A stretch of 64,000 bases of DNA from Candidatus Oxydemutatoraceae bacterium (lineage in GTDB: Bacteria > Pseudomonadota > Gammaproteobacteria > Poriferisulfidales > Oxydemutatoraceae). How positions within the stretch are numbered: the stretch's first letter is position 1; every line of letters starts with the position of its first letter. The position numbers were made by a program, and so were the translations under genes. The notes beneath the pieces are model-generated. The model saw only the letters and a list, made by a program, of their open reading frames with translations, did not search any database and was not told the DNA's origin. The stretch is from contig OZ250161.1 in the NCBI GenBank assembly GCA_965237985.1, positions 185,691 through 249,690 of the forward strand, written 5' to 3'. Positions 21,095 to 31,658 of the stretch are shown here, one piece after another.

Positions 21095-23025
21095 AGAGTA
21101 CAGTGAAAGACGCTTGCCGAGTTTTCCAGACTGGCCTGCTTTTCTGCCTGTTCATCGCCCCTCATACCGGACAGGCGGTGTATCCGGATGCTTCCGGGCA
21201 CCACCGTTTTCTGGAAGTCGAAAAGCGCCTGGAAAAGGGTGATCTTTCAGTCTTTGCCAAACATGCCCGGCATTTGCGAGAGCACCCCTTGTTCCCTTAT
21301 TTGCAGGCCGCGGATTTGCGCGCTCGAATGCACACTGGGAACACGCATGCGATGGTTGCTTTTCTGAACGAACACCAGGATACGCCATACGGCGAGCGCT
21401 TGCGCAACGCATGGCTTGCGCAACTTGCGAAAAATCAGCAGTGGAAACTTTTTTCTACCCATTATCTTGAGCCACGCCAGTACGACAGACGAAAACTCTC
21501 CTGCCTGGCGGCAACCGGTCTGCTCAACACCGGCCAGTATGCGCTGGTGCGAGAGGCGGTAGCCGACTTGTGGCTGGTGGCGCATTCTCAACCGAAGGAA
21601 TGTGATGCGCCGTTTGCCTGGGGATTGAAAAGTGGGACGATTGATCAAAAAATGGTCTGGGACAGGCTGGTGTCGGTTATGCAGAAAGGCAATGTACGAC
21701 TGGCGCAATACCTGTCAAAGAATCTGGAGACACGCAATCGTGGCTGGTTCCAGAGCTTGAGAGAGGCTTATCGGCGTCCTGAAAAGGTTTTGGCTTCGCT
21801 CGGGGAGGGTTGTCCCAGCCTGTTTTTCAACAGAGACGTGCTTGCCGTCGCCATGAAGAGCTTGGCGCGAAATGACTCACAGGCGGCCGTCCGTACTTGG
21901 CAGAACATGGAGAGAACAGGCTGCCATGACCACTACAAGGCGGGGATAGCGCTTGGTTTTGCGCTGTCGCGGCAACTGTATTCTCAGGAAGCGTATCGGG
22001 TCTTTGCCAGTGTTCCGGCGCAGGAGAGAAGCGGACGGGTTCATCAAGAGATGATTCGTTCTGCTTTGCGAACCGGACAGTGGGCTCAGGTGTTGGAGAA
22101 CCTGGCGGCACTGGCAGCGGAGGAGCGTAAAACCCTCGAATGGCAATACTGGCGAGCGATGGCGCTCGATGCCATTGGGGACATGACAAAGGCCAAAGTG
22201 ATTTTCAGAACCTTGGCGGCAGGAACCGGCTATTTCAATTTTCTGGCGGCGGACCATTTGTATGTGCAGTACAGATGGGCGCCAACGGACGGTGTTCCGG
22301 CGAGTGTCCTGCGCAAAGTTTTATCTCGGGACAGTGTGAAAAGAATACGCATATTGCTGAAGCTGGATCGCATCATCGATGCCCGGCGCGAACTGCATTT
22401 TCTGTCTGATCGCTTGCAAGAGCCCGAAAAGCGAGCGCTGGCAACCCTGTGTCGGCGTTGGCAGTGGTCGTACTGTGCCATCCGGTCAATGGCTACTTTT
22501 CCACACGGCAGTGAGTACTACTTGCGTCACCCACTGCCATTCGAGGAAACCGTGCGTCGAGCAGCACAGGAAAGTGCCGTGCCTGTCGCTTTGCTCTACG
22601 CCGTGATGCGAACTGAAAGTGCTTTTGTGAAAGATGCGGTTTCCCATGCCGGGGCACGCGGTCTGATGCAACTGATGCCACCCACGGCGCGCAACAGCGC
22701 CAGGTTGATTGGTGCAAAACCTCCCAGCAAATGGCGTATGCTGGATGTCGATTTGAATGTTCGTCTGGGAGCGGCACACTTGGCAAAACTGCGCAGGAGC
22801 TTCAGCGAAGCCATGGTCAGCGTGGCCGCTTATAACGCCGGTGCTGCAAGGGTCAGGTACTGGCTGAAGAACTGGCCACCGCACAGCCCGGAATCCTGGG
22901 TGGCCGGGTTGCCGTTCGGGGAAACACGCGGCTACGTTCGGCGCGTTTTCTTCAGTTACCTAGTGATTCGCCGCCTCCTGCAAAAGCCGGGCATGCGTCT
23001 GAGCACATTGATGCTACGTGGTTAG
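21088..23025 (+). CDS. slt: Soluble lytic murein transglycosylase (Slt70 family)
   Basis: Superhelical N-domain, then C-terminal catalytic 'ESAFVKDAVSHAGARGLMQLMPPTA...AAYNAGAARV', the canonical lytic transglycosylase motif with the catalytic Glu. Confidence 0.9.
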   Translation: MSKSTVKDACRVFQTGLLFCLFIAPHTGQAVYPDASGHHRFLEVEKRLEKGDLSVFAKHARHLREHPLFPYLQAADLRARMHTGNTHAMVAFLNEHQDTPYGERLRNAWLAQLAKNQQWKLFSTHYLEPRQYDRRKLSCLAATGLLNTGQYALVREAVADLWLVAHSQPKECDAPFAWGLKSGTIDQKMVWDRLVSVMQKGNVRLAQYLSKNLETRNRGWFQSLREAYRRPEKVLASLGEGCPSLFFNRDVLAVAMKSLARNDSQAAVRTWQNMERTGCHDHYKAGIALGFALSRQLYSQEAYRVFASVPAQERSGRVHQEMIRSALRTGQWAQVLENLAALAAEERKTLEWQYWRAMALDAIGDMTKAKVIFRTLAAGTGYFNFLAADHLYVQYRWAPTDGVPASVLRKVLSRDSVKRIRILLKLDRIIDARRELHFLSDRLQEPEKRALATLCRRWQWSYCAIRSMATFPHGSEYYLRHPLPFEETVRRAAQESAVPVALLYAVMRTESAFVKDAVSHAGARGLMQLMPPTARNSARLIGAKPPSKWRMLDVDLNVRLGAAHLAKLRRSFSEAMVSVAAYNAGAARVRYWLKNWPPHSPESWVAGLPFGETRGYVRRVFFSYLVIRRLLQKPGMRLSTLMLRG

Positions 23026-23173
23026 CACCGTACTCCCATCCTTGGCTCAACCCGGAGACACACCAACCAAGCTCGGCCACTCACTGAAAAACACACTGTG
23101 CGCCTGCGCCCCAGCAGCTTTGTGCCAAGTGGAGGCAGGTAACAGTATCTACGCTGGCTAGAGCGGAGTGTCC

Positions 23174-24451
23174 TTATGCCGCTGAGGCGCTGAGCGCCTG
23201 TTCGAGGTCAGCCAGGATGTCGTCAATGTGCTCAATGCCGATGGACAGCCTCACCATTTCCTCAGTTACCCCGGCAGATTTCAACTCCTCTTCTCCCAAT
23301 TGACGGTGCGTCGTGGTGGCCGGATGACATGCCAGGGAGCGCGCATCTCCAATGTTTACCAGACGCAAAATCAGTTTCAAAGCATCGATGAACTTCGTGC
23401 CGGATTCCCTGCCACCGATAATGTCGAAACTGAGAATGCCCGCGGCTTTGCCATCCCGCAAATAACGCTTCACGTTTTTGCTGTCCGGGTGTCCAGGGAG
23501 ACCTGGATAGGTTACCCGGGTGACTCGCTCATGTTGCAGAAGATATTCAGCGACAGCCAGAGCGTTGTCACTGTGGCGCACGATGCGTAGCGCTAAGGTT
23601 TCCAGACCCTGCAAGACCAGGAAACTGTTGAAAGGAGAAATAGCCGAGCCCGTGTTACGCAATGGGACGAGCCGAGCGCGACCGATGAACGCCGCTTTGC
23701 CAAAAGCTTCCGTGTAAACCACTCCATGGTAGGAAGGGTCAGGCGTGCTTAAAAGAGGGAAGCGCTCAGGGTGATCCGCCCAAGGAAAGTTTCCCGAATC
23801 CACAATGACCCCTCCGATGCTGTTGCCATGTCCGCCCATGTATTTGGTCAGGGAATGCACCACGATGTCTACGCCATGATCGAAGGGACGGCATAAATAA
23901 GGGGTTGGCACCGTGTTGTCGACGACGACCGGTACTCCGTGACGATGTGCCATCTCGGAAATAGCGGCCAAGTCTGGGACATCGCACGCCGGGTTGCCAA
24001 TCGATTCAAAAAACACGGCCTTGGTGTTCTCGTCAATCAGTTTCTCCATGGCCTCGGCAGAACTGTTCGTGAAGCGGGCCTCTATGCCAATGGCCGGAAA
24101 AGTATGTGCAAAAAGATTGTACGTGCCCCCGTAAAGCGTGGCTGAAGAAACAATGTTGTCTCCCGTACCGGCAATGGCAGTGATGGTGTAATTGATCGCC
24201 GCCATCCCGGAAGATACCGCCAGAGAACCAATCCCGCCTTCCATTTCAGTGACCCGCTGCTCAAGGACAGCGGTGGTTGGGTTCATGATGCGTGTGTAAA
24301 TGTTGCCAACTTCTTTGAGGTCAAACAGATCGGCTCCGTGCTGTGTATCACGGAATGTGTAGGAAGTCGTTTGGTAAATTGGAGTTACAGCGGCGCGCGT
24401 GGTTTCCTCAGCTTGATAACCTCCGTGCACGGCAACAGTTTCAAATTTCAT
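23174..24451 (-). CDS. metY: O-acetylhomoserine/O-acetylserine sulfhydrylase (PLP-dependent)
   Basis: '[13 protein letters not shown]...TTSYTF...[10 protein letters not shown]' is a Cys/Met-metabolism PLP enzyme signature. The start was set at 'MKFETV'. Confidence 0.9.
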   Translation of the reverse strand: MKFETVAVHGGYQAEETTRAAVTPIYQTTSYTFRDTQHGADLFDLKEVGNIYTRIMNPTTAVLEQRVTEMEGGIGSLAVSSGMAAINYTITAIAGTGDNIVSSATLYGGTYNLFAHTFPAIGIEARFTNSSAEAMEKLIDENTKAVFFESIGNPACDVPDLAAISEMAHRHGVPVVVDNTVPTPYLCRPFDHGVDIVVHSLTKYMGGHGNSIGGVIVDSGNFPWADHPERFPLLSTPDPSYHGVVYTEAFGKAAFIGRARLVPLRNTGSAISPFNSFLVLQGLETLALRIVRHSDNALAVAEYLLQHERVTRVTYPGLPGHPDSKNVKRYLRDGKAAGILSFDIIGGRESGTKFIDALKLILRLVNIGDARSLACHPATTTHRQLGEEELKSAGVTEEMVRLSIGIEHIDDILADLEQALSASAA

Positions 24452-25287
24452 TGCATATCCTGTGTTGGGCTGGAAACGGAATCTATGCTTACGCAACAAA
24501 GCTCCAGCATGCTTTTGCTCTTGGCGGTTCTTGGACCATGCTAAAAAAGGTTACACGGCAGCACGAGATTGTATCCATCAGCCCCCCACAATGCAAGGGT
24601 TTTCCGGAAACCAATCGAGAATTCGAATGAAGGTTTGAATGAAGACGAGGACGAGGAGCATAAAAGCGTTGGACTTGCCAGAGGAGCAGGTTTGCCGGGT
24701 CAGGCTTGCAGCTGGGTCAGGCCTGTAGCGAGCTTTGGCGTGCCCAATCCAGCGGCAACCCCAACCATCGCGCCTTCTTGTCCGGGAGGCATCATTTTTC
24801 CGTGTCGAAGATTGTGATTCACTGGAATACGGACAATGAGTTTGTGCATCACGAAAGCACAAACACGAGTGACAAAGCGACCTGTGTCTGATTCATGAGA
24901 AACGAAAAACATCATAATCGCTGCCAAGCCTTCGACCGATGTGAGCAAAGGGCAGCGAACTGCCGTGGTCAACAGGAAAAAATCACTTCAGGCGCTGTGA
25001 ACGGAGGTGGCGGGTAGAGACGGGACAGGTGCCTCCCGGCGGCAACGGAACGGCTGTGGCGTGGTGGCAAGTGTGCCACAGCCAAACGATTTACTGCTGG
25101 GGAATCGTTTATGGCATCTCGCCCCGATGTCGCAAAAAATGAATCACAGGCAAATTTTCCAGGGTCGATGCCTTAAAACGCACCGCAGTCTCTGCCGCCT
25201 TTCATCATCAGTGATTCTATGGGCGCCGGCAAACCAGCTGATTCATTCGCCGGATCCTTCTGGTTTTGAGCTCATAAAATTTACGCT

Positions 25288-26433
25288 TCACTGTTTGCTC
25301 CTTCCCATCACCAGTGACTCTTCATCAATCTCAAACACATCCGGCGTTGAGCGACGGACACCAAAGCCATGTTCCATCAGGAGCGTCACGAGCTGTTCCC
25401 CGTTCATGAGGGCAATGGGTGTCTTATCTGCTTGGGAGGCTTCTTTGTCAGCTCCACTGCTGAAGTCGCTGGTGGTGATGATCAGGCCTTGTTCGTGGGC
25501 TCCCAGGCTGCCGCGCACCTGCTGAACTACCGGGGCCTGCACATTGTTCTTGGGTTTCCATTTCTTGGCCTGGATGGCCATTTTGATGTGGATAACATCA
25601 CCCACAACCAAGGTTCCACGAACATCGATGCCCTTATCTCCGCTGAGTTTAGTGACCTCAACCTTCTCAAAGCCCATTTCGGTGAGGAGCAGGGAAATGA
25701 GCGTCTCAAACTCGTCTGGGTTCATGGTCGACAGTTTTTTGTGCAGGGACTTTCGAGTTTTGTGATTGTGTTGTTCAATCTGAGACGCCAAGCCAGCTTT
25801 CATCCATTGACTTAGGCCGATATAGCCTTTTGCATTCTGCACAAAGAAGGGTTGTTCGCCGCGCTTCTTTTGATTCCTGATCTTGCTACCCACCTGGGCG
25901 CCCATGGTGCTTGCGGGAGTCTTTCCCGCCGTAACCAGCCAGCCCTGTTCCTGGGCCTTTGTGGTGATGTCCCTGTAGTACATCGGTTTTCCTTCGCCAA
26001 ATTCCTCAAGCACTTTCTGAGCGCAGACTATAAATGAAAATCCCGTAACGGATGGAGCGACTTTCAGTCCTGAGCTTCCCAACGACTTTGGATCCTGGGG
26101 TTCATCCTGAGGTGTCAGGCCAGCTTTCATCCATTGACTCAGGCCGATATAGCCTCCTGTATGCTGCACAAAGAGGGGTTGTTCGCCGCGCTTCTTTTGA
26201 TTCCTGATCTTGCTGCCCACCACGGCGCCCATGGTGCTTTCGGGAGTCTTTCCCGCCGTGACCAGCCAGCCCTGTTCCAGGGCCTTTCTGGTGATCTCCC
26301 TGTAGTGCATCGGTTTTCCTTCGCCAAATTCCTCAAGCACTTTCTGAGCGCAGACTATAAATGAAAATTCCATAACGGATGGAGCGACTTTACAGTCCTG
26401 AACTTCCCAACGACTTTGGATCCTGGGATTCAT
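25288..26433 (-). CDS. Mrr-like type IV restriction endonuclease with two tandem N-terminal HARE-HTH/Mrr_N winged-helix domains
   Basis: C-terminal Mrr_cat motif 'FETLISLLLTEMGFEKVEVTKLSGDKGIDVRGTLVVGDVIHIKMAIQAKKWK...VVQQVRG...GLIITTSDFS'. The N-terminus has two copies of the approximately 105-aa domain 'FSFIVCAQKVLEEFGEGKPMHYREITRKALEQGWLVTAGKTPESTMGA...RGEQPLFVQHTGGYIGLSQWM'. Confidence 0.75.
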   Translation of the reverse strand: MNPRIQSRWEVQDCKVAPSVMEFSFIVCAQKVLEEFGEGKPMHYREITRKALEQGWLVTAGKTPESTMGAVVGSKIRNQKKRGEQPLFVQHTGGYIGLSQWMKAGLTPQDEPQDPKSLGSSGLKVAPSVTGFSFIVCAQKVLEEFGEGKPMYYRDITTKAQEQGWLVTAGKTPASTMGAQVGSKIRNQKKRGEQPFFVQNAKGYIGLSQWMKAGLASQIEQHNHKTRKSLHKKLSTMNPDEFETLISLLLTEMGFEKVEVTKLSGDKGIDVRGTLVVGDVIHIKMAIQAKKWKPKNNVQAPVVQQVRGSLGAHEQGLIITTSDFSSGADKEASQADKTPIALMNGEQLVTLLMEHGFGVRRSTPDVFEIDEESLVMGRSKQ

Positions 26434-26700
26434 CGTCAGCTTTCATCCATTGACTCAGGCCGATATAACCCCGTGTATGCTGCACAAAGAGGGGTTGTTC
26501 GCCGCGCTTCTTTTGATTCCTGATCTTGCCGCCCATCTGGGCGCCCATAGTGCTTTCGGGAGTCTTTCCCGCCGTGACCAGCCAGCCCTGTTCCAGGGCC
26601 TTTCTGGTGATCTCCCTGTAGTGCATCGGTTTTCCTTCGCCAAATTCCTCAAGCACTTTCTGAGCGCAGACTATAAATGAAGGGTCATGACAAGTTAAGC
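25790..26700. repeat. Tandem repeat, about 2.8 units of about 320 bp, encoding the HARE-HTH domain
   Basis: Units start 'cagctttcatccattgactcaggccgatatagcc' at about 25793, 26121 and 26437. Confidence 0.85.
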
Positions 26701-26926
26701 GGGCGGTTGCGAGTGAGAGCGCGGGGTAAGAGCCAAGACTGAGGCTAGTACGTACTTTTGTATGTGGGCGGTAGTAATCAAGCAACCAGATTTTTGAGCC
26801 GTTGGGTTTGACGCGCAGTTGTAATCCACCACCATCTGAAAGGGTATAAATCTTCGGTTTCGATTTGGCTCGATCAATTCCCGTATTGGTTAGTGGTTTG
26901 GTCGTTTTGGCTATTTTTAGTAGCAC
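26390..26926 (-). pseudogene. Remnant of a P4/CP4-57-type tyrosine integrase (N-terminal DUF4102 arm-binding domain only), fused to a third HARE-HTH repeat and cut off from the mrr-like ORF by a 1-nt frameshift
   Basis: 'TKPLTNTGIDRAKSKPKIYTLSDGGGLQLRVKPNGSKIWLLDYYRPHTKVRTSLSLGSYPALSLATAR' matches the CP4-57 IntA N-terminus 'TKPLTDTEIKAAKPK..Y.L.DG.GL.L.IK..GSK.W...YYRP.TK.RT...G.YPA.SL..AR'. The catalytic domain is absent. The gene lies 150 bp from the ssrA 3' end. Confidence 0.7.
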
Positions 26927-27016
26927 CGCTATTTGGAGTATATGGATGATACTACTATCGGTACTACTATAAAAGTCGGATTTTACGGCACGGTTTAGGA
27001 TGCCATAGGTATTAAT

Positions 27017-27056
27017 AAAGCCCTAAAACGTTGTTTTTATTACGTTTTAGGGCTTT
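27017..27056 (-). terminator. Intrinsic terminator-like hairpin downstream of ssrA
   Basis: Perfect 14-bp inverted repeat 'aaagccctaaaacg'-N12-'cgttttagggcttt' directly after the tmRNA 3' end, followed on the minus strand by 'uuauuaau'. Confidence 0.5.
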
Positions 27057-27080
27057 ATTGGTTCTCTTAAAACCTTAAGA

Positions 27081-27434
27081 TGGTGGAGGCGGCGGGAATC
27101 GAACCCGCGTCCACGCGCCCTCTGCCATTGGTCCTACATGCTTAGCTTTGCCTTTATTTTCACTTTCCTGCCTCCGGCAAAGCGGGGAGCAGAAAAGCTA
27201 GTGCACTTCGTTGAACCGTCCGGTCGTACACAGTCCGGACAGCGACCCCGCTTTCGATTATGCCTGCAGCAGGCGGCGCGGGTGCCTCTGCCACAGACAG
27301 GCTACAGGTTTTTAGGCTGCGGCCGGTAAGCTGTATGTTTCGTCAGCTAGATTTTTTACAACAGTTTTACGAGTATGCTGCAACCTCGGCATGCACCTCC
27401 GGGTTCGCAGCTCATGTCGAAGCCAGGTCGCCCC
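27081..27434 (-). ncRNA. ssrA: tmRNA (transfer-messenger RNA, SsrA)
   Basis: The reverse complement begins 'GGGGGCGACCTGGCTTCGACATGAGCTGCGAACCCGGAGGTGCATGCCGAGG' (tmRNA 5' end) and ends '...GGACGCGGGTTCGATTCCCGCCGCCTCCACCA' (tRNA-Ala-like 3' end with CCA). The internal tag reading frame is '...GCT GAC GAA ACA TAC AGC TTA CCG GCC GCA GCC TAA'. Confidence 0.9.
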
Positions 27435-27625
27435 CTATGGTTTTCATTGGTGTTCATTGTACAGGAAATCGAGGCAGTCAACCACTGGATCAGTGTTTTC
27501 ACATTTCGCTGGTGAACTGACGTTTTTAGCACTGGCAGGCGTCTGAGTAGTGGTTTGTCGGCGGTTCGTCCGCAGCTTCCTAGTGAGGGAGCTTTGTTAT
27601 ACTGCGGGGGCCAAACGGCCTGAAA

Positions 27626-28579
27626 ATGGAAAAAAGACGCTTAATTATTCTGGGTTCTGGCCCGGCCGGCTACACGGCAGGGGTTTATGCAGCGCGGGCA
27701 AATCTTGATCCTCTGATTATCAGTGGGGTTGAACAGGGTGGGCAATTGATGACCACGACGGAGGTGGATAACTGGCCAGGGGACATTGCCGGCCTGCAGG
27801 GGCCTGATCTGATGGAAAGAATGCTCGAGCATGTCGGGAGATACGACGTGAAAGTGGAGGATGACCACATTGAATCCGTCGATTTTTCTCAGCGTCCCTT
27901 TCAATTTTTTGGCGAAAAGGAGTATGCCTGCGACGCGCTGATTATTGCCTGCGGTTCTTCGGCACTGTACCTGGGGCTGGATTCCGAAACCGCTTTCAAA
28001 GGTCGTGGGGTTTCGGCTTGCGCAACTTGCGACGGTTTCTTTTTCAAAGGTGAGAAAGTCGCGGTGGTAGGTGGTGGCAACACAGCCGTGGAGGAAGCGC
28101 TTTACCTCTCCAACATTGCTGAGCATGTCACGGTGATACACAGGCGGGACAAATTCCGTGCTGATAAAATTCTTCAGGACCGGATGTTTGCGCGAGAAAA
28201 AGAGGGGGTGCTGGATATTCTTTACGACAGTGAGCTGGTGGAAGTACTGGGTGGCGATGCCGGGGTCAGCGGGATAAAAGTGCGTCACAAAATCACCGGC
28301 GAGCTAAGCCAGCATCCTATGAGTGGGGTATTCATCGCCATCGGGCATCGGCCGAATACGGATTTCATTGATGGGCATCTGGATATGGAAAACGGCTACA
28401 TCAAAACTGGCCTGGGTGAGCCGACACGCCTGACGGAAACAAGTGTCGCCGGGGTGTTTGCGGCGGGCGATGTTTCCGACCATATTTATCGTCAGGCGGT
28501 CACTTCCGCTGGTACGGGTTGCATGGCTGCCCTGGATGCCGAACATTATCTGGAAAGCCTCCCCAGGCAGGAGAAGTAG
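27626..28579 (+). CDS. trxB: Thioredoxin reductase
   Basis: '[19 protein letters not shown]...CATCDGFFF...[14 protein letters not shown]' shows the FAD/NADPH sites and the redox-active CATC. Confidence 0.95.
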   Translation: MEKRRLIILGSGPAGYTAGVYAARANLDPLIISGVEQGGQLMTTTEVDNWPGDIAGLQGPDLMERMLEHVGRYDVKVEDDHIESVDFSQRPFQFFGEKEYACDALIIACGSSALYLGLDSETAFKGRGVSACATCDGFFFKGEKVAVVGGGNTAVEEALYLSNIAEHVTVIHRRDKFRADKILQDRMFAREKEGVLDILYDSELVEVLGGDAGVSGIKVRHKITGELSQHPMSGVFIAIGHRPNTDFIDGHLDMENGYIKTGLGEPTRLTETSVAGVFAAGDVSDHIYRQAVTSAGTGCMAALDAEHYLESLPRQEK

Positions 28580-28843
28580 CCCGCGTCCTGCATGGTGATT
28601 TTCCAGTGGACAATTTGTTGCGTTGAATGTTGCCTGTCAGGAAGTTCGCTTTGGTTTCTTTTTTTCTTTTCCGGGCATACTTTGTCGCTTTCCACTGAAC
28701 GCCCGGTTTGTCCTGACCGTCCAAATCGTGCTGGTTGCCTCCGTGATGCTTTTTTTCTGGTGGCTTGAAATCGTCGCGACGTGAAAATGCCTGGTTCTGA
28801 ACCGTTGTCGGGATCGTCTTGCGCCACTTCGGATTTTGGCACC

Positions 28844-29980
28844 ATGAGTGATTTCGATCGCGATGCGTGGCGGCACCTGGTGTCTGAGGAAAACCTGTTC
28901 CTCCAGCATGAGTTTCTTTTCGCCTTGGAGAACAGCGATTGCGTGCACACGCGTGCCGGATGGTTGCCGCTTCACCAAGGTATAAAAAACAAAGCGGGAA
29001 ATTTGCTGGCTGCTTCGCCGCTTTATGTAAAAAGTCATTCATTTGGGGAGTTTGTATTCGATTGGTCATGGGCTGATGCTTACGAGCATTGCGGCCATGC
29101 TTACTACCCGAAACTGGTTTCCGCAATTCCTTTCACTCCGGTGACGGGGCATCGTTTATGTGGCGCCAAGCAATTGCGTGGCGCTTTGATTGAGGGAACA
29201 AAAAGCCTGGTTCGCTCCCTGGGGTTAAGTGGGGTGCATTGGTTGTTTTGCACCGCTGAAGAGAAACAGTTTTTTTCGGAAAGTTCCTGCATTACGAGGC
29301 TGGACTACCAATATCACTGGCATAACTCAGGTTACCAGTGTTTTGATGATTTCCTTTCTGTCCTGACTTCTAAAAAACGCAAAATGATTCGCCGCGAGAG
29401 GCGCCTTGTAAAGGAGCAGGGTCTTTGTGTGACGGCGGTTTCGGGACGAAATCTTGATGCGTGGCGCACGCGCCGGATTTTTGCCTTGTATGAAAACACT
29501 TTTCGTTACAAAGCCAGTTTTCGGGCACTGAATCTGAAGTTTTTCCAGCAGATCGTGACCACCATGCCGGACCATTTCGTGGTTTTTCTTGCCGAGAGAA
29601 AAAATGAAATCGTCGCATGCGCGATATGCTTTCGGGACGACAGCGCTTTGTATGGGCGTTACTGGGGTTGCCGGGAGTTTCACGAGCTGTTGCATTTTGA
29701 GACGTGTTTTTACGCAGGAATTGAATATTGCATAGCACATGGATTGAAGCGATTTGAACCGGGCGCTCAGGGCATGCATAAAATTCCTCGCGGATTTTTG
29801 CCCACTGAAACTTGGTCGGCGCACTGGCTTTCCAACTCTCGCTTTGGCCAGATTATTGCCCAGTTCTGCCGTCGAGAAGAACAGCAAAGGCGCACCATGC
29901 TGCCTTTCCTTCTGGCAAAATCTCCGTACCGTGAGGATGGAGTCCCTGTGTCGCAGTGTGGCTTGTATGCCAACGTCTGA
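28844..29980 (+). CDS. DUF482 / FemAB-like GNAT-fold acetyltransferase family protein (function unknown)
   Basis: An approximately 380-aa protein. 'FLQHEFLFALENS...GWLPLH...LYVKSHSFGEFVFDWSWADAY' and the C-terminal 'YWGCREFHELLHFETCFY' fit the conserved DUF482 family found in many proteobacteria. Confidence 0.6.
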   Translation: MSDFDRDAWRHLVSEENLFLQHEFLFALENSDCVHTRAGWLPLHQGIKNKAGNLLAASPLYVKSHSFGEFVFDWSWADAYEHCGHAYYPKLVSAIPFTPVTGHRLCGAKQLRGALIEGTKSLVRSLGLSGVHWLFCTAEEKQFFSESSCITRLDYQYHWHNSGYQCFDDFLSVLTSKKRKMIRRERRLVKEQGLCVTAVSGRNLDAWRTRRIFALYENTFRYKASFRALNLKFFQQIVTTMPDHFVVFLAERKNEIVACAICFRDDSALYGRYWGCREFHELLHFETCFYAGIEYCIAHGLKRFEPGAQGMHKIPRGFLPTETWSAHWLSNSRFGQIIAQFCRREEQQRRTMLPFLLAKSPYREDGVPVSQCGLYANV

Positions 29981-30677
29981 AAGTGACCCGAAATGGCCGT
30001 GCGCGGTGTTGGTGAAAGAGTTTGGGGCTTTTAAGGATGTCGTTGCCGTTGGTGGGAAATTATGTCCGGAAGTGTTGCTTTCGGCTTATTCGCAGGGAAT
30101 TTTTCCCTGGCCTGACGGGGAGGGGGCATTGGTGTGGTGGTCACCTGATCCTCGCCTGGTACTGCGGCCGGAACGGTTGCGGGTCAGAAGGGCTTTGCGT
30201 AAATCTTTGCGGAACGCGGGCTGGAACTACACGTTGAATTCGCGTTTTTCCGAAGTCGTCAGTGCTTGTGCGGGAAGTCGTCCAAAACAGGACGGTACCT
30301 GGATCACGTCGGAAATGCGTGACGTTCTCAACCGCCTGCACGCCTTGGGTTTTGCGCACTCTGTTGAAGTCAGCAATGCCGGCGGAAGTTTGCTTGGAGG
30401 ATTGTATGGCCTGGGAATCGGGCGCATGTTTTTTGGCGAATCCATGTTTTCCGTGGCCCGGGATGCTTCCAAAGCGGCACTTTATCAGTTGTGCGGACAT
30501 TTGTTGCACCATGGCCTTTCACTGGTTGACTGTCAGATTGAAACCAGGCATTTGCGAAGTCTGGGAGGGGAATTCATGAGTCGCAACAATTTTTGTGCCG
30601 AGGTGGAACGTTTGTGTTGCCTGACGGTTCCGGAAAAGCTGTGGCTGAAGCAAAAGCTCAGCTACGAAGTGTGCTGA
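29937..30677 (+). CDS. aat: Leucyl/phenylalanyl-tRNA--protein transferase
   Basis: '[25 protein letters not shown]...[35 protein letters not shown]' are Aat motifs. trxB being near aat matches E. coli. Confidence 0.85.
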   Translation: MESLCRSVACMPTSESDPKWPCAVLVKEFGAFKDVVAVGGKLCPEVLLSAYSQGIFPWPDGEGALVWWSPDPRLVLRPERLRVRRALRKSLRNAGWNYTLNSRFSEVVSACAGSRPKQDGTWITSEMRDVLNRLHALGFAHSVEVSNAGGSLLGGLYGLGIGRMFFGESMFSVARDASKAALYQLCGHLLHHGLSLVDCQIETRHLRSLGGEFMSRNNFCAEVERLCCLTVPEKLWLKQKLSYEVC

Positions 30678-30796
30678 GTGTTAAGATGGCTCTGTTTGCC
30701 TGGAATGTCGGCTTTCTCAGTTGCCGGCCTGGCAAGGGGAGATACCTTTTCGTGCGGGCATTTGCTGTTGTCTGTAGTTTTTTCAGGGAGGGGAGA

Positions 30797-30904
30797 ATGA
30801 CCTACGTAGTGACTGAGGGGTGCATAAAGTGCAAGTACACTGATTGCGTTGAAGTTTGTCCGGTGGATTGTTTTCACGAGGGGGCGAACTTTGTTGGCAA
30901 TTGA
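30797..30904 (+). pseudogene. Frameshifted 5' copy of fdxA (copy 1)
   Basis: '[35 protein letters not shown]'. One extra nucleotide ('aactttgttggcaatt' against 'aactttttggtaatt') shifts the frame after 'ANF'. Confidence 0.8.
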
Positions 30905-31018
30905 TCCCGTCGAGTGCATTGACTGTGCTTTGTGTGTCCCCGAATGTCCGATCGATGCGATTGTGTTAGATTCATGCGGGCATTTGCTGTTGTCTGTGGT
31001 TTTTTCAGGGAGGGGAGA

Positions 31019-31126
31019 ATGACCTATGTAGTGACTGAGGGGTGCATAAAGTGCAAGTACACTGATTGCGTTGAAGTTTGTCCGGTGGATTGTTTTCACG
31101 AGGGGGCGAACTTTGTTGGCAATTGA
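31019..31126 (+). pseudogene. Frameshifted 5' copy of fdxA (copy 2)
   Basis: Carries the same +1 lesion as copy 1, which implies the mutated unit was itself re-duplicated. Confidence 0.8.
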
Positions 31127-31240
31127 TCCCGTCGAGTGCATTGACTGTGCTTTGTGTGTCCCCGAATGTCCGATCGATGCGATTGTGTTAGATTCGCGCG
31201 GGCATTCGCTGTTGTCTGTGGTTTTTTCAGGGAGGGGAGA

Positions 31241-31564
31241 ATGACCTATGTAGTGACTGAGGGGTGCATAAAGTGCAAGTACACTGATTGCGTTGAAGTT
31301 TGTCCGGTGGATTGTTTTCACGAGGGGGCGAACTTTTTGGTAATTGATCCCGTCGAGTGCATTGACTGCGCTTTGTGTGTCCCCGAATGTCCGATCGATG
31401 CGATTGTGTCCGATGATGATCTTCCTGAAGATCAGAATCATTTTCTGGCACTCAATGCGGAACTGACAGAAATCTGGCCGGTCATCACCGAAAAAAAGCC
31501 TGCTCCTGCTGATGCGGACCAGTGGTGTGAGAAAAAAAACAAGCTCAGTCATCTGATTCGTTGA
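31241..31564 (+). CDS. fdxA: 7Fe ferredoxin ([3Fe-4S][4Fe-4S], Azotobacter FdxA type)
   Basis: '[55 protein letters not shown]...[16 protein letters not shown]', 107 aa, near-identical in layout to FdI of Azotobacter and Pseudomonas. Confidence 0.95.
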   Translation: MTYVVTEGCIKCKYTDCVEVCPVDCFHEGANFLVIDPVECIDCALCVPECPIDAIVSDDDLPEDQNHFLALNAELTEIWPVITEKKPAPADADQWCEKKNKLSHLIR

Positions 31565-31658
31565 GTGTTGAACGGGGTCTGGGCGAACGTGGTTGTGCGC
31601 CTGGGGGCGTGGTGACCCGGGTTAGAAAACGGTTGTTATTCGCAAACATTTTGAGTCT

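Larger units (their letters stand above)
30759..31417. repeat. Tandem repeat, 3 units of about 216-222 bp, covering the upstream region and first approximately 55 codons of fdxA
   Basis: Units start 'gcgggcatttgctgttgtctgt(a/g)gttttttcagggaggggagaatgacctatgtagtgactgagg' at about 30759, 30975 and 31197. Confidence 0.9.

Noticed and set aside
25007-25525. 172-aa plus-strand ORF
   Set aside because: It overlaps the 3' end of the mrr-like gene on the opposite strand and has no features.
30662-31552. 296-aa minus-strand ORF
   Set aside because: It is antisense to the fdxA tandem repeats and the intact fdxA, so it is a repeat-generated open frame.
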